Of a DNA stretch of 64,000 nucleotides, positions 41,662 through 52,315 are shown piece after piece. The stretch covers positions 2,528,001 through 2,592,000 of the forward strand of contig OY970194.1 in NCBI GenBank assembly GCA_963708075.1, read 5' to 3'. A program made the translations under genes and the position numbers. Each line of letters starts with the position of its first letter. The first letter of the stretch is position 1. The DNA comes from Sedimentisphaerales bacterium (GTDB taxonomy: Bacteria > Planctomycetota > Phycisphaerae > Sedimentisphaerales > Anaerobacaceae). Under the pieces are notes generated by a model. The model saw nothing but the letters and a program-made list of their open reading frames with translations. It had not been told where the DNA came from and did not search any database.

Positions 41662-43149
41662 TCACACCACCTGTGCCTTGAAACCGCAGAGTTGACAGAA
41701 GTCTCTTACCTGATGCTTGTAGTCGCCGTAGAAGAAGATCTGGTGGAAGCCGGGGAAGTTGAGCACTTCCTGGCCGCCGTCGAACTTGACTTTCACCGAG
41801 ACGACGCATCCGCCGCTGGGCGGGACCTCTTTGTTCTCGACGACTGTCCCGGCAGACACAAGGACAGTGGACCGGGCCTCCTCCCCCGTCGCTCCGTCGC
41901 GTCCGGGCAGCAGATCGATGCTCGTGACACGCCGGCCCTTGCGCCAGAGGGTACGGGGTACGGCGTCGCGGTTGCCGTGGTGGTGCTTGATGTCGAACGG
42001 CTCGGGAGCCTCGTCGTAACCGTTCAGCCGCGTCGGGCAGGAGCAGTGCGCACCGATGATGGTGTCGTCGGCCGTATCCGCCACAGGGTCCTGCTGGAAG
42101 CCCGGCCGATCGAACAGGTAATGGACCATCACCAGCGAGGCCACGGCCCCGTAGTCCGCCTCGCATGCCGCCGGGATACCGTCATCGTTCATCCGCGACC
42201 ACGCGATGCACGGCAGGCTCACCTGAATATTGCCCAGCGCGCCGAGACAATCCATCGTGATCGCGTCACCGCCCTCGCGTTCGAGCAACTTGCCAGCAAC
42301 ATAGTAACTCTTGAGCCCGTTGATGACATCTTGGCGGGTCGCATCGACTCGCCGCCGAGCCCGTTTCATGTACTCATCCGCCATCGCCAGGATGTCCTCG
42401 CTGTCCGGCGTCCGTCGATATTCCTCAATAAATGTTGAGGCGGGGACATGCTTGAGCGTGATGCCCGTGTCGGCCAGCACGGAATCGTATCGTTTGTTCC
42501 CCTGGATCGCCACGCAGCAGGTCTTACGCATTTTCGCTTCCGCACAGAGCATCTTCATGCCGTATGCCGCCTGACTGAAATCGTCCGTCGAGTACACCAC
42601 ACATCCCGGCGCCCCCGCGAACTCAGCGGTGTTCGTCGTGAAGGACGATCCCAGCGGCGAATAGACAATCGACGGAATGCCGCTCTGGGCCACCTTTTGC
42701 GCCGTCGGCCAGGCATGCTCCTGCCGGTCCAGCATCACCAGCACGAGACCATCGACTTTCGCGGCCTGCGCCTCCGCCAGCCACGCCTGTCCCTCAGCGA
42801 GGCTGTAGATTGGCTCCTGTCGCAGTCTCAGTTCCGCTCCAAGTTGCGATGCGGTATCGGTGACCTTCGCCGTGTACATCCTGAGTGCCGCCTCACCGTC
42901 GTAGACCGCTCCGGGCCACCGGATGCCGTACTCCCCCTTCCGCCGCACGAATGCCGCCCGCAGCGTGGGCGTGTACTTCGCCGCCGGACCGCACTGCCGG
43001 ATGGGGGCCACATTGGCCCGCCGACTCAATGACGAGCACCCCGCCACCACAGACGAGCCGGCAAGAAGCACCGCAGAGCCTTTGAGAAACCTGCGCCGAC
43101 TCACACACCCTTCGCCGTGACAATGCACAGGACACCTTCCAGCAGTCAT
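41662..43149 (-). CDS. Tat-exported L-fucose/L-arabinose isomerase-like protein
   Basis: SRRRFLK twin-arginine, VVAGC lipobox; DAITMDC, PC.A.S..NDDGIPAACEAD, QQDP, AHC..P, GFH. Confidence 0.7.
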   Translation of the reverse strand: MTAGRCPVHCHGEGCVSRRRFLKGSAVLLAGSSVVAGCSSLSRRANVAPIRQCGPAAKYTPTLRAAFVRRKGEYGIRWPGAVYDGEAALRMYTAKVTDTASQLGAELRLRQEPIYSLAEGQAWLAEAQAAKVDGLVLVMLDRQEHAWPTAQKVAQSGIPSIVYSPLGSSFTTNTAEFAGAPGCVVYSTDDFSQAAYGMKMLCAEAKMRKTCCVAIQGNKRYDSVLADTGITLKHVPASTFIEEYRRTPDSEDILAMADEYMKRARRRVDATRQDVINGLKSYYVAGKLLEREGGDAITMDCLGALGNIQVSLPCIAWSRMNDDGIPAACEADYGAVASLVMVHYLFDRPGFQQDPVADTADDTIIGAHCSCPTRLNGYDEAPEPFDIKHHHGNRDAVPRTLWRKGRRVTSIDLLPGRDGATGEEARSTVLVSAGTVVENKEVPPSGGCVVSVKVKFDGGQEVLNFPGFHQIFFYGDYKHQVRDFCQLCGFKAQVV

Positions 43150-43305
43150 CGTGACCTCCCGTAACTAAGACAATGGAGAGCAGCACGGGCCCAGGCCCAT
43201 CCTGCACGGCCTATAGCAATGTATGGTAAGACGTGCGACGGGGAATTCAAGGATTTCCCGAGAACAAGTATGGACACGATTCTCGTGCCGCGCTATCATT
43301 TTGCT

Positions 43306-44289
43306 ATGAGAGCGCAATGTCCATTCTTGTGTGTCCTGATGGTTGCTGTGATGGGCGAAGCCGCCGAGGGGCCAACTGTGCCGGACGGCCTGCCTGTCTT
43401 TCGGCACCATTCCATTGTGCTCGACTACAAAGACCTCAAGTACAATCCCTGCAATGATGTCATTATCCCGAGTGTGGTCCGTACGCAGCCGCACTTTTCA
43501 AAGCCGTTGGGGCGCTGCTATCTGTACTACGCGCCTCACAACGCGCCGGGTGGCATCTGCCTGGCCTACGCTGACCGGCTGGAGGGACCGTGGAAGGAGT
43601 ACGAGGCGAATCCGATCATCCGCCGGGACTGGCCGCCCCACCACAAGGTGTCTCACGTGTCAGGCCCAGAGGCGATCTGGATCGAGGAGGAGCACAAGCT
43701 GTTTCTCTACTATCACGGCGAGAACAACGTGACGCGCCTGGCCTCCAGCACCAACGGCATCGACTTCCAGTATGAAGGCGTGGCCGTCACGGCGGACATG
43801 TTCGACCGCGTCAGCGAGGCGTCCTACGCGAGGGTGTTTCGCTACACGATTCCCGGCCAGGACAACCGCTATATCATGCTGCTGATGGGCAACAATGAGG
43901 GCACGCGGAAGATCTACCTCGCAACGTCAGGCGACGGACGCAAGTGGCAACCTCGTCGCACACCGCTGCTGGTCCCGCCGCCCGGCGCCAGTCAGGTCGC
44001 CCAGGCCTGGTATTTCCCCTGGCGAGGCAAGCATTACGTCATCTACCACGCCCACCAGGCGGGGAACGAGACATATGCCTCCTTGCACGTCAGTGAAGTG
44101 GACGCCGCGTTCGAACACACGCAGCACCTCGGCGTGTTCTACGACCGCACGTCCGTCTCGCCCGACAACGTGGCGCAGATGAGCCCGTGCTTTGTCACCG
44201 AGGGCAGCCGGCTCTATCTCTTCACGAACATCGGCCCGCGCCTGAACCAGAAGATCGCCCTGGCCATCGCGGACATCCCAGCCAAGTAG
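43306..44289 (+). CDS. Secreted five-bladed beta-propeller glycoside hydrolase-like protein
   Basis: Signal peptide; IIPSV, YLYYAPH..PGGICLAYAD..EGPW.EY..NP, HVSGP, LFLYYHG, S.YARVF. Confidence 0.7.
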   Translation: MRAQCPFLCVLMVAVMGEAAEGPTVPDGLPVFRHHSIVLDYKDLKYNPCNDVIIPSVVRTQPHFSKPLGRCYLYYAPHNAPGGICLAYADRLEGPWKEYEANPIIRRDWPPHHKVSHVSGPEAIWIEEEHKLFLYYHGENNVTRLASSTNGIDFQYEGVAVTADMFDRVSEASYARVFRYTIPGQDNRYIMLLMGNNEGTRKIYLATSGDGRKWQPRRTPLLVPPPGASQVAQAWYFPWRGKHYVIYHAHQAGNETYASLHVSEVDAAFEHTQHLGVFYDRTSVSPDNVAQMSPCFVTEGSRLYLFTNIGPRLNQKIALAIADIPAK

Positions 44290-44469
44290 ATTTCAGGGCC
44301 CTCCTCTGTCAAGATGAGAGACACGGGTGGCAGCGGCAAGCGGAGTCTTCGGAGCTTGCCGATGGTGTTGATGCCTGTCCTACGAGCCATCGGCAAGCTG
44401 CGCTTGCCGCTGCCACCCATCACAGGGCCGAATGCAAAGCGACGTACATCCACCGTTGCAGGGACGACT

Positions 44470-46161
44470 TCAAGGATTTACGGGCCAGAAGACGGAGTCG
44501 CCGGTCTTCGTGTCCCACATCCGTGGATTTCCCTTGCGGTCCGTGCCTGGGGTGCCACCGTCATCCTTGAAATCCGATCCCACGCTGTAGAGCGTGAAAT
44601 GATCCGTGGCGGGCCTGTAGACCAGCGGATCGCGGCTATAGGGATCGGCCGGCAGAGCGTCGATGTATCCGGCCTGTTTCAGTTCATCGAGCGAGGCCGG
44701 GTAAGCCCCCTTCTCCTGGCGGTACCGCTGGAGGGCCAGGACTGTCATTGTTGCTTCGTGGAAAGCCTTGCCACGAAATGCAATTTCCGCCGCCCGATCC
44801 AGTGCCGGGGCCAGGAGGTGAATCACGGCATATCGATATTCCGGCAGCGACCTCAGAGGATCATCCGTTCCTGGCGTTTGCCCGGTGTGCTTTTCGTAGG
44901 GGCTCAGCTTCGCAAGCCTTACCTGTTCATCGAAGAACCAGTTGGCCTTTGCGGTCGTCTTGCTGCGTCCTGCGTGGACCAGGCTCATGGCCGCAAAAAG
45001 CGGCACTACAATCGGTCCGGAATCGTCATTGCGTGCTTCCGTCCCTGCCATGAAGTCGTACAGCCTCATGGCTCCGGAGAAGGCCATGTGTCCGCCGCCG
45101 GGACCGCCCTCGGTGAAGACACGCTGGATCGTGTCCAGGATTCCCAGCCGTTCCGCCTCGAGATCGATCGGCGGATACCGCCCTGCATAAAGGGCGGCCA
45201 TTTGCCGTTGCAGGTTCGCCAACTCTGCGGCAGGCAAATCGCGCGTGCGAACGATCCTGAGCATCTCCTCGTGCGCCCTTTGACTCATCGCCAGGCCCAC
45301 AAGTTGTTCGATCAGGATTTCGCCCTGCTGCCAATGCCGTCCGGCTCGCGCCACCGCCAGACAATCCTCGACCGCCTGTTGAGAATCGCCTCGCTCCAAA
45401 GCCACCCGCGACCGCCAGATAGCACATCTGCCGAGGTCACGAAGCGAACTCAGGTGCGGCAGGAGGACACCCATGACCCACGGGTCCTTCATGTTAGGAT
45501 CGGTGGCATACGGCCTGCAGCAGTACAACATGGCGGCTGCCGTCGTGAATTCCTGCAACGCGGCCTCGTTTTTCTCGACCCACTGCGAGATTGCCGCACG
45601 CGTCTCGTCGGACAAGGCACTGATGGACCGATACTCGTGTCCACGGGATCCCCTGAGAACGGCCTGTAGCTCTGGTTCGTCACCTGGCTCCACGAACGCG
45701 GCAATCGCCTTCTCATAGTGCGGCCAGGCGTTGTCCTGCTCGGCAATCTCCGGCCGGCTCATCTGGTTCAGCACGGCTACATAGTCCACGCTTGGACTCG
45801 GCGTGCCGCTGAGAGACCAGCCCGCGTAGACAACGAACAAGAGCAGCAACACGCCAGCGCCTTGGGCCGTGCGAACCATCGCCGTCGCCCACAGGGGTCG
45901 GCATCGCTTCTTCGCCCGCCGGCACAGGATCGCCAGCAGCTTGGCATCGCCGAACTCCGAGATCAGCCGCTGTACCCTCTGCTCGCGCTCCTGGGCACTC
46001 GTGCAGCCGCGCAAGTCATCCTCGAAGTGTGCCGTCAGCTCAGCCTGCACGTCCTCTGCGGCCTTTTTGCGGTATCGCATCCTCCGACCGATCTGCCGGA
46101 TGAATTCCGCCGCACAAGCAGGCAGGTCCCCGCCACGGTTTTCACTGGGCTTGTTCTCCAT
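44470..46161 (-). CDS. Membrane protein with N-terminal HAAS/permease-prefix-like domain and C-terminal pseudopilin-like module
   Basis: V.AEL..HFED...EFGD...LA N-terminus, one TM, C-terminal LAL.RY....G.YP.SL.EL...DPYS...LYSVG.D..DDGG. Confidence 0.7.
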   Translation of the reverse strand: MENKPSENRGGDLPACAAEFIRQIGRRMRYRKKAAEDVQAELTAHFEDDLRGCTSAQEREQRVQRLISEFGDAKLLAILCRRAKKRCRPLWATAMVRTAQGAGVLLLLFVVYAGWSLSGTPSPSVDYVAVLNQMSRPEIAEQDNAWPHYEKAIAAFVEPGDEPELQAVLRGSRGHEYRSISALSDETRAAISQWVEKNEAALQEFTTAAAMLYCCRPYATDPNMKDPWVMGVLLPHLSSLRDLGRCAIWRSRVALERGDSQQAVEDCLAVARAGRHWQQGEILIEQLVGLAMSQRAHEEMLRIVRTRDLPAAELANLQRQMAALYAGRYPPIDLEAERLGILDTIQRVFTEGGPGGGHMAFSGAMRLYDFMAGTEARNDDSGPIVVPLFAAMSLVHAGRSKTTAKANWFFDEQVRLAKLSPYEKHTGQTPGTDDPLRSLPEYRYAVIHLLAPALDRAAEIAFRGKAFHEATMTVLALQRYRQEKGAYPASLDELKQAGYIDALPADPYSRDPLVYRPATDHFTLYSVGSDFKDDGGTPGTDRKGNPRMWDTKTGDSVFWPVNP

Positions 46162-46179
46162 GGTACACCTCCCCGGCTC

Positions 46180-46524
46180 TCACATCGCCGCTTTCAGAGC
46201 ACCACCCAGGATAATGTCCAGGCCTTTGGTCAGTTCCTGGAGCTGGGCCTTCTGCCGGGCGAGGTCCTCCTCGCCTTTGCCGGTAATCGAGTAATAGCGT
46301 CTCTTGCGACCGGAGTCGGTCGTCTCCCACTTGCCCTTGACCAGCTTCTTGGCCTCCAGATTGTAGAGCAGCGGGTACAGCGTCCCCTTGCCCAGCGTCA
46401 GGATATCGCCGCTTCGCTGCTCGACGGCCTGGCTCAATTCGTACCCGTACATGGGCCCCCGCGACAGAATCTGCAGTACCGCCACGGGCGCCACGCCCTT
46501 GAGCAATTGACTTTCGAATCGCAT
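46180..46524 (-). CDS. PadR family transcriptional regulator
   Basis: LLKG, MYGYEL, GTLYPLLY.LE, GRKRRYYSIT.KG; GGAGG RBS. Confidence 0.93.
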   Translation of the reverse strand: MRFESQLLKGVAPVAVLQILSRGPMYGYELSQAVEQRSGDILTLGKGTLYPLLYNLEAKKLVKGKWETTDSGRKRRYYSITGKGEEDLARQKAQLQELTKGLDIILGGALKAAM

Positions 46525-46563
46525 GTCAACCTCCTGTTCTCCAGTATCGTGCATTGTTATGTT

Positions 46564-46598
46564 TCACATAGTATGTTATGCATACTATGTGATGTCAA
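46564..46598 (-). promoter_or_regulatory. padR promoter overlapped by perfect inverted repeat (putative operator)
   Basis: TTGACA-N17-CATACT on minus strand; TCACATAGTATG-N5-CATACTATGTGA at 46564-46592. Confidence 0.8.
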
Positions 46599-46712
46599 AC
46601 AAAAAAAGCCGGCCAGGGAAAAAATCTTCGCTCCCCAAAATCCCTGTCACATTTCCCCGCGGCCGGTTTCTATGATAGAAAGAGGTCGTACGGAAAGTAC
46701 TGGAGATTCGGG

Positions 46713-49700
46713 ATGTTCGGAAGGCTGAGAAGAAAGACGGCCGAGGCACAGGATGTCGCGTCGCTGCTAAAGGCGAGCCTCCAGGGCAGCACGCAGGCTT
46801 TCGAGGCGATCGTCGGGCGATACCAGTCGCTCGTCTGCACGATCACCTACAGCGGCACCGGCAGCGTGGAGAAGAGCGAGGAGCTCGCTCAGGAGACGTT
46901 CCTGCGGGCCTGGAAGAGCCTGGATCAGCTCCATGACCCGGCCAGGTTCCGCGCCTGGCTGTGCAGCATCGCCCGCAGCACGGTGCAGAACTGGTTTCGC
47001 AGCCGCAAGCTGGATGTAGTCGGCAAGGCGGCCCCGCTGGACACCGCCGTCGAGAAGGCCTCCGAGGAGGCTGGACCTGTGGAGGCCGCCATGATGAAAG
47101 AGCAGCAAGCCGTCGTCGCGCACGCCCTGAACCGCATCCCCGAATCGCTCCGCGAGCCGCTGATCCTGTTCTATCGCGAGCAGAAGTCCGTACGGGAGGT
47201 CGCCGGGCAACTGGGAGTCTCGGAGAACGCCGCCAGGCAGCGAATCTCGCGAGGCAGAAGCATGCTCCGCGACCAGGTGGCCGACATCGTGGAGACGACG
47301 ATCTCTCGCACGAAGCCCGGCAAAGCCTTCACCACGGCCGTTATCGCCGCCGTTGCCGCCACAGCCGCAAAGACCACAACCACCGCCGTAGCCGCAACGG
47401 CAGTCGCCGCCGTCGTGACCAACTCCTCCGGCACGACGGCCGTCTTGTCAGGCGTGACAGCCAAGGTCATCGCACTGGCTGCCGGTGTCGTCATCGTCAC
47501 TGGCGGCGTGGTCGCCTACAGGCACCTGACCAAACCAGACCAGTCGCCGGTTGCCAGTTCTCAGTTGTCAGTTGGCGGCTCCGCAGAAAGCGACCTACAG
47601 CCAGAGGCCGGCGAATCGCAGGCGGGTGCCGCGGTGCCATCATCCGTCGTCCCTGCTGCAGATCGAGATTCCGCACTCCGCATTCCGAATTCCGAACTCG
47701 TCGCCCCATATGCAGAGCGGGACAGGTCAAGCGCCATCGTGACTCCGGCGGAAACCCGCCCTTACGAGTTCTCGCCCAAAGGCGTCCTCAGCGGCCGAAT
47801 CACGGATGTTGACACCGGCGAGCCCGTCCGTGATGCCATGGTTCAGATATCGATGAGTCGCATATTCTACGCTCGAACCGACGCCAACGGGTTCTATTCG
47901 TTCGACAGGGTCCACGAGGCCGGAAGCTTTCAGGTTCTCGGTCTTTTCGTTGGAGTACGTGGGCGTCGCACGGGATGCAAGGAATCCGGCCGTGTATCTC
48001 AGCAATGACAAGCAGGCCATCAAGCACTTCCAACTGCCCAAAGCGTGCATGGTGGATGTCTGGGTGACGGACCCGAACGGGGTCCCGCTGCCCAAAACAA
48101 ACGTTATTGTCACGTCGCTGGTCGACGACCGCTCGCGCGAGATCGGCGATTCAGCCCGCCTGCGGCAGACCGATCCCAACGGCTACATCCTGCTCGGCGG
48201 CATCCCGGCGGCCCGAACAGATTACCTGATCACGGTCTGGCACACAGCGGAACGGAAGCCGGACGAGATGCGCGAGGAGTACGACTACGCCCCGGCCGGC
48301 ATGGTCCTGCAATTGACAGATCCGAATGTGGTCAAGCAGGTGCGGATCACGTTGCAGGAAGGCCAGGACGTGCACGGATATGCCCAATATGCAGACGGCG
48401 TGCCGGCAAGCGACATCGAGATTTCCCCCAAACCCGCCTGGTGGCACTGCAACTACAGCGTTCTGCACGTTCCGGTCGATCCCAACGGCACGTTCACCCT
48501 CAAGCACATCACCCCCGGCATGTATAAGATCGGGATGTATGTCCCCAGGCCGGATAAGCGCGGCGGCACCCTGAGCACAATCGGGCAGGCCCAGCTTCCG
48601 CCGGACGACGGGCAGCCGCTCATCGTCCAAATCCCGGGCAAGTCTCCCCAATCGCTGGCCTCCATCAGCGGCAGGCTCATCTTCGTCGGCGAGAAGAAAC
48701 CGGACTCCGTGGATATCACCACCCGCTCTCCGAGCGGCGACAGTACCTTCACCAATGTCATGCATAAGCCGAATGGCGAATTGGATGACACCTTCACACT
48801 GGATCGGTTGGAGCCCGGGATATACACGCTGCAATTCTCCGGCACGAACATGGAAGACAAGACGATCCGGAACGTCGTGGCGCCAAGCGAGGGACTTGAG
48901 GTCGAGTTAGTGTACGCGGCCAAGCCCCGCCTGACAGGTACGGTGATGGACGGCAAGACGGGCGAGCCAATCCGCAACTTCCGCGTCCGTATACGGAAAG
49001 TCCGGACGCTCCGTGACCCCAACTACACACAGCAGGACCGGTGGACACATGTCGAAAATGAGCGAGGCTCTTTCAGTATAGATACGGTCGGGCCGGGGGT
49101 ATACCAGGTTCAGGCGGCCGCCGACGGATACGCCCCGCGGTGGAGCGACGAAATCAACACCGACCGGCCGGGACAAACAACGGTCGCGTTGTCACCCGGG
49201 GGGACTGTTACAGGCATGGTCGTCAATAACAGAGGCGAGCCGGTTGACGGGGCCAGGATCATCCCGCTATCTCTGGCCGGCGGAGCCATGCCTCAGACGA
49301 AGGATGACTTCGTGTACGAGGAGGGAGCGGCTACGACGGCCGCCGGCGCGTTCACGTTGTCGAATCTGCCCCCCGGCGTCGAAACGCTCAGGGTCACGCA
49401 CCCGGACTACGTATTCGCAATCGCGGACAACATCCCCGTGGTCGAAGGCAAGACTGCCGATGGAGTGCGTGTCATTCTGACTTCCGGCGGCACAGTCGAG
49501 GGCTATGTGTATGATGATCAGGGCAAACCACAGGCGGCTCAGGCGATCTACTTCCGGAATGAGAGCGGCTACAGCGGAACGGCCGAGGAAGCCGCCGGAC
49601 TACTTGGCTCGGCCGTAACCGACAGCAATGGGTTCTATCAGGTCTCTCACCTGCCCGAGAAGCTGTGTCACGTCATGAGGGGCGATGGCTGGTCCGGCAC

Positions 49701-50822
49701 GGGCGTCGTGTACAGAGTAGTCGTACCCAGCAGCGGCGAAGTCGCCCGGCTGGACTTCGGCGGCACGGCTCTCGTCACTGGTGTCGCGGTCATCGATGGG
49801 ACGCCGCTGGCCAAAACCCGGCTCCTGTTGGGGGCCACCGATTCGTACTATTCCGGCCCGTTCCGCTGCTTCGCCACGACCGATGAGCAGGGCGCCTTCG
49901 TGTTCCGCGGGGTGTCGCGGGGCACACACGCCGTCTACTACGCCCGGTCGGACAGACAGAACGATTGGCTCAAGGTCGCCACCTTCACGGTCGCTGATAC
50001 GGACTTGGACCTCGGCGTAATTCCGCACGAAGCATCAAGCCTGATGGTGACCATCGATGTTCCTGAAGCGGATCCCGCCTGGCAGATTGAGGACGTGTTC
50101 ATCTCGGACAGCGATCGGCCGACCGTTGGCAGATACCGCGACGCGGAGGCGCCGACCGTTGCAAGCGGGCCGTGGCTGTTTGACAACGTTGCGGCAGGCC
50201 TCTACACGCTGACAGTCGCTCGCCGGGATGGTGTCCGCTGGCGAACGAAAGTCGATCTCAAGCCCGGTCAAGGTCCCTGGCAAATCACTGTAACCGCTCC
50301 CCAAGGCAGTGCGAGAGTGTCCGGGCGTGTCCACGGCGATGCGAATTGGCTGGCCCTCTGGCGGGAAGGGAAAGACGTGTGGTCTCTGGTCCTCGCGAGA
50401 AACGGGCGCAGTTCTCCATTGCCGACCTGCCCGTGGGCAAGTACTTCATCGGCACCGACCCTGCCTTCCTCTTCGAAATGCCTGCCCTGATGGAGTTTAC
50501 GCTCCGTGAGGGCGAGGACAAAGTAATCAATGTGGACACATCGGCGGAGCCAAAAAGCCAGATGGGTTTCCTGGTGGTGCTCGTCGTGGACGAGAAGGTC
50601 GCTCCACGCAACGATGTTCATGCCTGGCTCGAAGGGCCGCAAGGGGCCGTAGAGCCGCTCGAATGGTCGGTATCCGGCCACTGCTTCGCCGCTGCCCCCG
50701 GCACGTACACGCTTCATGTGGAAGCCGCCGGATACAAGCCGATCAGGACAAGCATAACCCTCAGACCCTTCGGACCGGCAGGCGGCAAAGCACAAACTCG
50801 CACGGTTCACCTGCAACCATGA
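46713..50822 (+). CDS. ECF sigma factor fused via TM helix to multiple carboxypeptidase-regulatory-like (beta-sandwich) domains; frameshifts near 47935 and 50403
   Basis: sigma2 (EELAQETFLRAW, FRAWL.SIAR) and sigma4 (LFY.E..SV.EVA..LG.SE...RQR.SRGR); TM; repeated G.V.D..GEP / TD.NG.Y motifs across three ORFs joinable by 1-base shifts. Confidence 0.82.
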
Positions 50823-50902
50823 AGCGTGCAAAGGCTGGCGGACGGCGGTAAAATGCGCATGTCGGAGGTCCGAACGGGACCATTGACAGATATTGTCCCA
50901 AT

Positions 50903-50986
50903 ATGCGCGGGGCCGCGGTGCAACGAGATGAGGAACTGATCGAGCGGATGAACGAGGGCGATGCGGACGCCTTCGAGGTCCTCTAC
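50903..50986 (+). pseudogene. Truncated ECF sigma factor N-terminus
   Basis: VQRDEELIERMNEGDADAFEVLY typical ECF start; similarity ends exactly at stop codon of opposite-strand R-M remnant. Confidence 0.6.
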
Positions 50987-51460
50987 TCCGGTATCTCTCT
51001 CACCCCATATAGCGTGCACACTAGGCCATCGATTTCTTTCTCGTGCGCCTCTACCTCACGCTCAAGTTGCTCTCGCTCGTGGTCGGAAAGATGTGCATCT
51101 GCCAGCCTCTTCTTTCCTTTGATGATTCCGACCACACGGTCATTTACCTGCTTGCCAAGGTGCTTTTCCTCTCGTGTCTTTGGGACCTTGATGGGCAATT
51201 GTCCCATGAACTGCGGAAATGGGCGAAACCAACCGCCACGTAGGGTCGTCGAGATGCTTTTCAGATAGTCACTGAGCAAACGGCTATTCAGGAGACATAG
51301 GAAATACAGCAGTAGGTCAGCGTGGGCACCCGAGGAGTTTCCAAAGAGGATCGATGTACTCCTGCCTGATAACTGCCTCAGGCGTACCCTGATCCTTAAG
51401 GGCTTTGTGATTCTCCCGAAAGGCTTGCACAAGCTTTCTGACCTGCGTCACATCCTACAT
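50983..51460 (-). pseudogene. Internally deleted type IIG (Eco57I/TaqI-like) restriction-modification gene remnant
   Basis: ATG-TAG then QVRKLVQAFREN...EAVIRQEYIDPLWKLLG (N-terminus) joined near 51327 out of frame to YFLCLLNSRLL..Y...IS..LRGG...LPI...EIDGLV..LYG (C-terminus). Confidence 0.75.
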
Positions 51461-51912
51461 CCGCGCGTGCTCCAAAGCGTTTTCCCAAAGTGCGGCTGTC
51501 CGCCCTCTCAGCTGGCTACGGATTATGGGTTGGCGATGGCAGGTCGTCAACCCTGGTTGCCCCTGCCGGGTCCATTAACCACGCCAGAGAGCCGCCGAGA
51601 GGCCCTATAACCCTATCGGTCAGATTCAGCAGACAACTTGACCTTGTCTGGAAGCCGTGGAAACAGACCTCCATTGATGGATGCCTTCTGCCCCAGCCGT
51701 AAAAATACAGGGCTGCAAGTCTCTGGGCTACAATGGTTTGCAGGTATTTTCACTACCCAACAGAAATCTCTGCAACATCCCGACTCCCGGGAGCGTCTTT
51801 AGCATATGGTCTGATGCCCATGTCTCACCCGGCGCCGGCGCCAGGCCAGGCGGCCTTGCTCAATCATAAATCGTCATTCATAAATGCCCGGAGGACTTCC
51901 AATGGCAAGTAT

Positions 51913-52315
51913 GCGAAACAAAGCCAATTACGGGCCGGAGGCCCTTGGGATTGCGGAATGTGGTTTGCGGATTGCGGATTGAAGAGTACGAGAGTGTCAT
52001 GGCGGGCCTCCAGCGGCAAGCGTGCGAAACAAAGCCAATTTCAAGGAAGCGGGCAGGAGGCAACGACCGGCATCGCGTGAAACAAAGCCAATTTACCCTG
52101 GCAGACAGATGGCGTGCACGGCATACCCCACGAGTGGCGGCGAACGCGCTGCGCCAAACAAAGCCAATTTTCGAGGCCAACCCCCTGCGCAGCAGGGACG
52201 CATCGTGCGAAACAAAGCCAATTTGCATGGACGGCAAGTGGATCGTAAGTACTGGTCTGGGAAAGAGTTATAAGGAAGAATGAGAACGATGCGTCTGCGA
52301 AAACAAAGCCAATTT
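51913..52315 (+). repeat. Array of six AAACAAAGCCAATT direct repeats with variable spacers
   Basis: Exact 14-mer at 51916, 52027, 52080, 52156, 52210, 52301; usually preceded by GCG and followed by T. Confidence 0.92.

Noticed and set aside
51913..52315. CRISPR array
   Set aside because: Repeat only 14-18 bp and non-palindromic, periods vary from 53 to 111 bp, no cas genes; kept as an unclassified repeat array.
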